64,000 bases of DNA from a virus, in the IMG/VR virus record IMGVR_UViG_3300032116_000147, positions 4,966 through 68,965 of that record; one strand, given 5' to 3'. Below the pieces are notes generated by a model. It ran no database searches. It was not told the origin of the DNA and saw only the letters and a program-made list of their open reading frames with translations. A program made the translations under genes and the position numbers. Shown here piece by piece: positions 58,794 to 64,000 of the stretch; the first letter of the stretch is position 1; each line of letters starts with the position of its first letter.

Positions 58794-59723
58794 ATGAGTA
58801 GTGAAAATTTTTATGATGTTTTAGGTTTGAAAGATACTGCGACACAAGAAGAAATAAAAAAAACTTATAGAAAGTTAGCGGTTGAGAACCATCCTGATAA
58901 GGGCGGAGATGAAGAAAAATTTAAAAAAATTTCAGAGGCGTATGACACTTTAGGTGATGAGGAAAAAAGAAAAAAATATGACAATCAAAAAAATAATCCA
59001 TTTGGTAATTCAGGTGGACATGGTTTTAATCCATTTGACGATTTTTTCAGTAAATTTAATCAACATAATCATGCAAAGTCAGCACCTGAAAAAGTCATTA
59101 ATTTAGAAATAGGTGCTATTGAATCTTATTTAGGTGTTGAAAAAGTTATATCATATGACAGGAAAGTTGAGTGTAATACTTGTTCTGGAAAGGGAGGTGA
59201 AAGAAAAAATTGTCAAAAATGTAATGGTGATGGTTTTATAACTTTAAGAGTTGGTAATGGTATGTTTGTTCAGTTAGTTAGACAAACTTGTGATTTATGT
59301 CAAGGACAAGGTTTTTGGTTAATATCAAAATGTAAAACTTGTAATGGAATTGGTACAAATAATAAAAGCGAAAGCTTTAATATTAAAATACCAAGTAATT
59401 CAGATGACGGTCAATTTTTTAAATTACAAAGTAAAGGAGATTATTACCAAGGGATATATGGTAATTTGATTTTAAGGGTTAAATTAAAATCTGAAAATAA
59501 TTTTGATAAAGTGGGTGATGATTTAATTTATAATGCGTTTTTTAATTTGGAAGAATTAAACAATGAAAGTTTTAAAATTCCACATCCTGACGGTGAACTT
59601 CTTATTAAGTTTCCTGAAGATTTTGATACTTCTAAACCTTTAAGAGTTAAGTCTAAAGGTTATAAAAATCAAAAAATTGGTGACTTGTTTGTTAAAATGT
59701 TTGTTAAATTTAAAAAAACTTAA
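58794..59723 (+). CDS. dnaJ: DnaJ chaperone (J domain, four CxxCxGxG repeats, C-terminal domain)
   Basis: [50 protein letters not shown]. Confidence 0.93.
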   Translation: MSSENFYDVLGLKDTATQEEIKKTYRKLAVENHPDKGGDEEKFKKISEAYDTLGDEEKRKKYDNQKNNPFGNSGGHGFNPFDDFFSKFNQHNHAKSAPEKVINLEIGAIESYLGVEKVISYDRKVECNTCSGKGGERKNCQKCNGDGFITLRVGNGMFVQLVRQTCDLCQGQGFWLISKCKTCNGIGTNNKSESFNIKIPSNSDDGQFFKLQSKGDYYQGIYGNLILRVKLKSENNFDKVGDDLIYNAFFNLEELNNESFKIPHPDGELLIKFPEDFDTSKPLRVKSKGYKNQKIGDLFVKMFVKFKKT

Positions 59724-59880
59724 TCAAATAATTATAAATTATTTCTACGATTTTAACAGTACCATAAATAGATGCTCCAAATATATACGTACCAAAAAAT
59801 AAAAACCAATAATTTTTAATTAACATTTCTTTTGGAGATTTTTTATTACATGTCTTACATTTTTTAGGGTCTTTTTCCAT
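59710..59880 (-). CDS. Small membrane protein with CxxC
   Basis: [14 protein letters not shown] followed by a hydrophobic helix; in-frame ATG at 59880. Confidence 0.55.
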   Translation of the reverse strand: MEKDPKKCKTCNKKSPKEMLIKNYWFLFFGTYIFGASIYGTVKIVEIIYNYLIKFF

Positions 59881-59936
59881 AACTTTTTTAAGAAATATTA
59901 ATTTATTTTTTTTAGTAATCAATGTTATTTATATAT

Positions 59937-60338
59937 ATGGAATTATTAAATTCACTAAAGAGTATTTTATTAGAGAAGAAAATTGCTGAACTACAGGACA
60001 TGGTATATATTACCTATTCAATTCAGCACACTGGGGAAAGTAAACACGGTCAATTTAGAAAAAGAAGACATGAAAAAGAAGAAGGTGGGCAAAGGATAAC
60101 TGACTATGATATTTTACAACTTTGTAAGAACGCTAAGAGTGATATTACCCAATATATTGTAATTGGTGAAATCATATCAGGTGTTAGATTCATAGTTACA
60201 CAAAAAGAATATCCTTATCTCAATTTAGTAATTGAACCGACGGAAAATACTCCATATGATTGGGTTTTAACTGTGGTGACTGTAATGAATAATCAGAATT
60301 TTGTTACTGGTTCAAAACAGTTACAAATCTTTGTATAA
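59937..60338 (+). CDS. Hypothetical protein, possible BECR/RelE-fold (DUF4258-like) ribonuclease
   Basis: ATG 4 nt after TATTTAT; SKHGQFRKRRH...ITDYDI and terminal LTVVTVM strand pattern. Confidence 0.5.
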   Translation: MELLNSLKSILLEKKIAELQDMVYITYSIQHTGESKHGQFRKRRHEKEEGGQRITDYDILQLCKNAKSDITQYIVIGEIISGVRFIVTQKEYPYLNLVIEPTENTPYDWVLTVVTVMNNQNFVTGSKQLQIFV

Positions 60339-60339
60339 A

Positions 60340-60485
60340 GAAAAACCCCCGATGTATTCTAACAACGAGGGTTTAAACTTTTTCACTCTATGAGTTGAGG
60401 CTTCCGCCCCTGAACAGCTTCGTGGTTCAGTTCCGCCGAGTTGTGTGGGTAATCTCGGTTCAACCCCTTAATCCAATTGTGACTA
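60340..60485 (-). ncRNA. Putative structured small RNA (four-way junction core 60392-60466)
   Basis: Core is 43/75 GC against an AT-rich background; four stems; TATTTAT upstream (60491-60497, minus) and terminator downstream; no ATG in the unit. Confidence 0.65.
60343..60374 (-). terminator. Intrinsic terminator, probably bidirectional
   Basis: Minus strand AAACCCTCGTTGT-TAGAAT-ACATCGGGGGTTT followed by TTCTTT; the G-U pair favours the minus strand. Confidence 0.7.
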
Positions 60486-60540
60486 CAAATATAAATAGAA
60501 TATCCCGAATAAAAAAATAAAATTTAAACTTTTTTTAATA

Positions 60541-60548
60541 TATCTTTG
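60541..60548 (+). promoter_or_regulatory. Bacteroidota-type -7 promoter element
   Basis: TATCTTTG matches TAnnTTTG, immediately before ATG 60553. Confidence 0.5.
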
Positions 60549-60552
60549 TCTT

Positions 60553-60690
60553 ATGAAACAGGAATCACTACCACTTAATCTTCGTCACGTTGCTCAAATT
60601 GTTAGACGGAACATGATTACAAAAGTTGTACCGTCAGGCAAAGAGTATTCCCGTAAGAAGATGAAAAAGGTTGATATCTATCAAGATTAG
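60553..60690 (+). CDS. Small basic protein (45 aa) missing from the ORF track
   Basis: MKQESLPLNLRHVAQIVRRNMITKVVPSGKEYSRKKMKKVDIYQD-TAG after a TAnnTTTG element. Confidence 0.65.
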   Translation: MKQESLPLNLRHVAQIVRRNMITKVVPSGKEYSRKKMKKVDIYQD

Positions 60691-60712
60691 GATTATATTT
60701 TATAAAAAAAGT

Positions 60713-61555
60713 ATGCTTAGTTATATTGGTGGTAAGAGTAAGATTGGTAAATGGATTGTTCCATTCTACCCGACAGATATGGAAACGTATGTTGAAACGT
60801 TTGGTGGTATGTTTTGGTGTTTCTTCAATATGGATTTGAAGTTATATCCTAATTTAAAAAGAGTTGTTTATAACGACTTCAATCCTTTGAACTATAATTT
60901 GTTCATGTGTCTTCAGAATCCTGAGACTTTGTTATCTTCGATTAATAATATTCCATGTCAACAACAAGGTGTAGAAGTAACACCACCGGTATATAAAGAA
61001 CAGTTCAACGCATTTCAAAAGGAAATCTTCTCTGAAGGTTTCACAATCAATTATCCTGATTATGATGTGGCGGCTAAATATGCTTATGTTCTAACACAGG
61101 TATTTAGTGGGTCAAAACCTGAAACAAGTTCATTCATTGATTTGAAGGGTAAGTATAAATCAAAATATCTTACATTTAGAGATAAGTTGTCTAAACCTGA
61201 TTGGGTGGAACATTTCAATAAGATATCACATTTTAGACTGGGTGATTTTGAGGATGTAATTAAAGAGTTTGATAGTCCTACAACATATTTTTATGTTGAC
61301 CCACCTTATTGGAAAACTGAGAATTACTATTCAAACCACGATTTTGACAGAAATGACCATGAAAGATTGGCAAATTGTTTAAAAAATATTAAAGGAAAGT
61401 TTTCATTATCTTATTACGATTTCGTACTTTTGAGAGAGTGGTTTCCAACTGAAGAATACAGATGGGAAAAGAAAGAATTTGCTAAAGCCGCAGCGGCAAA
61501 GAAAGGTAAAACCCAAAATATGGGTGAGGAGTTATTAATTATGAATTATTTTTAA
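60713..61555 (+). CDS. DNA adenine methyltransferase, D12/Dam family
   Basis: YIGGKS, YVETFGG, YNDFN, FYVDPPY, ELLIMNY; ATG at 60713 follows TTGATA-17-TATATT (60671-60699). Confidence 0.9.
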   Translation: MLSYIGGKSKIGKWIVPFYPTDMETYVETFGGMFWCFFNMDLKLYPNLKRVVYNDFNPLNYNLFMCLQNPETLLSSINNIPCQQQGVEVTPPVYKEQFNAFQKEIFSEGFTINYPDYDVAAKYAYVLTQVFSGSKPETSSFIDLKGKYKSKYLTFRDKLSKPDWVEHFNKISHFRLGDFEDVIKEFDSPTTYFYVDPPYWKTENYYSNHDFDRNDHERLANCLKNIKGKFSLSYYDFVLLREWFPTEEYRWEKKEFAKAAAAKKGKTQNMGEELLIMNYF

Positions 61556-61584
61556 TTTTTTTGATATTTATAAAGAAAAAAACA

Positions 61585-62961
61585 ATGAGAGGATTTACAC
61601 AACTTTTATCAAATTTAATTTTAGAGAACTCAAGATTTCAAATTTTATATGACAAATTAGTTAAACCATCAGCTAAACCTGCTCAAGGTGCTGAAGGTAG
61701 AAGAGCTAAAGGTATCATGGATTTTGAAACTTTAAAAGCGATTATATTTGCTGACCCAACAACAAGAATGCCTGAAGGATTGGGTGATATTGATGAAATC
61801 AGTATTCAGGATATGGATAAAGTTAAAGTTGGTAAGTATACTCAGTGGTTATTAAAGAATTTCTTAACACCATCATTTAATGATGAAAGAGCGGATGTTG
61901 AAGTTGGCTCACCTGAATATAAACAATTGGCTAAAAGATATCGTGATTTATACCTTGAGGATTTATACAAGGTTACCGACGACTTAAAGAAGTTTGAGAG
62001 ATTTAAAAATCAATTACCTCAAGATAAGAGGGATATTAATAAAATCACAGTTAGTGAATTATTTGATTTAGTTAAAGATTTTAAACTTGAAAAAGTTAAA
62101 GCGTCTAAAGAGGAAAAAGAAAAGGCTAAAATTTCTTATGAATATCCTGGTAGTGAAATTATTTTCAGAGGTCCAAAATGGACTTTGGTTAAAATTGAAG
62201 ATAAAGGAGAATTAGGGAAAAATGCGGCAATATTCTTTGGAGGTTATCAAGATGGTGATAACGATGAAACAAGATGGTGTACATCAGCACCTGGATTGAC
62301 GTTCTTCAATGGTTATATTAAAGACGGTCCTCTTTATGTTGTATTACCAAATGACGATAATGGAAAAGTTGGAAAAAGAACTGGATTACCTAAAGAAAGA
62401 TATCAATTCCATTTCCCATCAAGTCAATTTATGGATAGAGAAGATAGACATGTAAATTTAACTGAACTTTTAAATGGACCAATGATTGAACTTAAAGAAA
62501 GTTTTAAACCTGAATTTGCTAAAGGATTGGTTACTAAAGGTGGTGATAAAGTTGAGATTAACTATCCTAACGATTCAGCGGGTAAATTTGTAGCTCTTTA
62601 TGGATTTGATGAACTTTTTGAATCTATGCCAAAAACGATACAACATTTATTAATTAACAATAAATCTAAAGAAAATATTGCGATAGACGTTCCTGAAAGT
62701 TTGGGTCAGTTTACTAACTTACAAGCATTGATGTTACAAAATATTGTTAGAACTTTACCTGAGTCAATCGGTAACTTGAAAGGACTTAACTTCTTAGCGT
62801 TACCATCTAATTCTAATCTACAGAGTTTACCAGCCTCTATTGTTAATTTAGAGAATTTAGCATTTATTAATTTGAAAGATAGTAACCCGAACATTGAAAT
62901 ACCTGAAGTATTAAGAGAAAAATTGAGTGATGAGGGTGGTGGATTTTATTATGTGATTTAA
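61585..62961 (+). CDS. Jumbo-phage TxWCT-domain protein with C-terminal leucine-rich repeats
   Basis: KYTQWLLK, EDLYK, KRDIN, TRWCTSA, GPLY, YQFHF..QFMD; LRRs VPESLGQFTNLQAL, LPESIGNLKGLNFL, LPASIVNLENL; ATG 61585 after TATTTATA. Confidence 0.7.
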   Translation: MRGFTQLLSNLILENSRFQILYDKLVKPSAKPAQGAEGRRAKGIMDFETLKAIIFADPTTRMPEGLGDIDEISIQDMDKVKVGKYTQWLLKNFLTPSFNDERADVEVGSPEYKQLAKRYRDLYLEDLYKVTDDLKKFERFKNQLPQDKRDINKITVSELFDLVKDFKLEKVKASKEEKEKAKISYEYPGSEIIFRGPKWTLVKIEDKGELGKNAAIFFGGYQDGDNDETRWCTSAPGLTFFNGYIKDGPLYVVLPNDDNGKVGKRTGLPKERYQFHFPSSQFMDREDRHVNLTELLNGPMIELKESFKPEFAKGLVTKGGDKVEINYPNDSAGKFVALYGFDELFESMPKTIQHLLINNKSKENIAIDVPESLGQFTNLQALMLQNIVRTLPESIGNLKGLNFLALPSNSNLQSLPASIVNLENLAFINLKDSNPNIEIPEVLREKLSDEGGGFYYVI

Positions 62962-62989
62962 TTTTGTTATTTTTGTAAAAAATAATACT

Positions 62990-63280
62990 ATGAAATACAT
63001 TGAAGTTGACTTATACATGAACCAACTAATGTCTTTTTTTGAAAAGAATCCTAATGACTTATTAGATTTAATTGGAGAACTTCAAAAAGACGATTTTTAC
63101 AAAAAAGTAAAAGAGGTTTGTATTAAAAATTTCCAAGAATCAGGAGATGTGATACCGACTCAAAAACAACTTATAGAGGTTGTGATTGAACTAAAGAAAG
63201 TACCTGTATCAAAGGAAGAGTTGAAATCAATACATCAAGCTTTTCAAAAAACAAAATTTGGTATGATGTGTCTAAATTAA
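62990..63280 (+). CDS. Hypothetical protein
   Basis: 96-aa ORF preceded by TATTTTTG (TAnnTTTG, 62968-62975). Confidence 0.7.
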   Translation: MKYIEVDLYMNQLMSFFEKNPNDLLDLIGELQKDDFYKKVKEVCIKNFQESGDVIPTQKQLIEVVIELKKVPVSKEELKSIHQAFQKTKFGMMCLN

Positions 63281-63281
63281 T

Positions 63282-63312
63282 TTTGAATTTTTAAAAAAAA
63301 GTTATATATTTG
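63282..63312 (+). promoter_or_regulatory. Bacteroidota housekeeping-type promoter (-33/-7)
   Basis: TTTG (63282-63285)-19 nt-TATATTTG (63305-63312). Confidence 0.65.
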
Positions 63313-63335
63313 TGGGACGTAAAGTCCCATTTTTT
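63313..63335 (+). terminator. Terminator-like hairpin
   Basis: TGGGAC-GTAAA-GTCCCA followed by T6. Confidence 0.7.
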
Positions 63336-64000
63336 ATGACTACACTTTTTGAAAAAATTTATCGAAACTATTATACTTCATTGTACCATAATTACAGTAG
63401 TATTGATACTGTATTACCTCTCACTCCGTATAGGTTAAAATCTTCATGGACATTAAATAAAGAAGATAATACAGAAGAAGCTTTTGAAAAAAATTATGGT
63501 AATCTATGTTCAGAAGTTTTATTTAAAAGAATTATCATCAAGTTAGAAAAAAATGATGATAAAATTTCTATGAAGTTATTTCACTATGTAAATTCAAGAA
63601 GAGTTGGTAAAAAATTCTTCAAGAAAAGTACAATGTGTAGGTATGTGACCTATAACTTAAAAACTAATATCTTATATCATGGTGAAATTACAAACTATCA
63701 CCTTAAAAGAAAGTGTTACAAAAAAGTAAGAACATCTAATTTTAGTGATTCCCCCATCCAAAAATTCATAGGTTTTTTTAATACTTTAACTTACGGTTTG
63801 GCGGAATATAATCTGTTCACTAAAGATGATATTTTCAATCTTTTCAATTTATTCCTACAGAACATACCAGGATTAGAGGATTATATGGATATCAATAGTC
63901 AGGACCGTCTATATAAATTTATTTTAGATAAAAGAGGGGTTAAATTACCAAACAACTGGTTATCGTTTAAAGATTCTCCAATACAGCCTAAAAAAGTTGA
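63336..64000 (+). CDS. Hypothetical protein, 3' truncated by the window edge
   Basis: ATG 63336 (MTTLFEKIYRNYY...RRVGKKFFKK...); no stop seen in the part translated by eye, and absent from the track, consistent with running off the window. Confidence 0.7.
   Translation, partial: MTTLFEKIYRNYYTSLYHNYSSIDTVLPLTPYRLKSSWTLNKEDNTEEAFEKNYGNLCSEVLFKRIIIKLEKNDDKISMKLFHYVNSRRVGKKFFKKSTMCRYVTYNLKTNILYHGEITNYHLKRKCYKKVRTSNFSDSPIQKFIGFFNTLTYGLAEYNLFTKDDIFNLFNLFLQNIPGLEDYMDINSQDRLYKFILDKRGVKLPNNWLSFKDSPIQPKKV

Noticed and set aside
60392-60466. Canonical tRNA or SRP RNA
   Set aside because: No proper T-arm, D-loop or 7-nt anticodon loop on either strand; the CAGG-GGC-GGAA-GCC segment lacks the AGCA(G) strand of the SRP internal loop.
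4298-62894. Short ORFs nested in or antisense to long genes (e.g. 4997-5296, 38404-38724, 39022-39432, 43171-43509, 56525-56827)
   Set aside because: They overlap well-supported genes, show no recognisable motifs and look like shadow frames.
1-64000. Stop-codon reassignment as seen in some large phages
   Set aside because: Long genes are intact in the standard code, and TAG/TGA end genes at natural C-termini (sigma factor ends in TAG, gp6-like gene in TGA).

Overview
AT-rich (roughly 30% GC by eye), gene-dense segment of a large contractile-tailed (jumbo/T4-like) phage genome read in the standard code, almost all on the + strand. In order it holds: (1) the 3' part of a giant baseplate-hub-like gene; (2) a T4-like replication/recombination block (gp32 SSB, RecA/UvsX, 5'-3' exonuclease, gp41 helicase, class Ia nrdB/nrdA, a flavoprotein); (3) a ~22 kb baseplate/tail block (gp25, gp6-like, P2 gpI-like, PKD-, SprB- and Pro/Thr-repeat Cys-rich proteins); (4) a RuvC-like resolvase; (5) an opposite-strand three-gene cassette of modular adhesin-like proteins; (6) primase, PD-(D/E)xK nuclease, lytic transglycosylase, Mre11/Rad50 and a sigma-70 factor; (7) a probable lysis cluster; (8) probable head-internal proteins, a histone-H1-like protein, DnaJ, a Dam-family methylase and an LRR protein. 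Several independent cues point to a Bacteroidota host: sigma factor type, Hc1-like protein, SprB repeats, TAnnTTTG promoters and a Gln after a signal peptide. The most notable items the ORF track does not explain are a stand-alone GC-rich four-way-junction RNA with its own promoter motif and terminator (60340-60497, minus strand), a three-class promoter system with a recurrent TATTTAT element and promoters nested in terminator hairpins, a shared L/I-x-E leader on unrelated proteins (possible capsid-targeting signal), a mix-and-match family of Cys-rich modules, a Mre11/Rad50 domain repartition, and apparent GATC avoidance. All calls come from reading motifs by eye; no database search or folding program was run.
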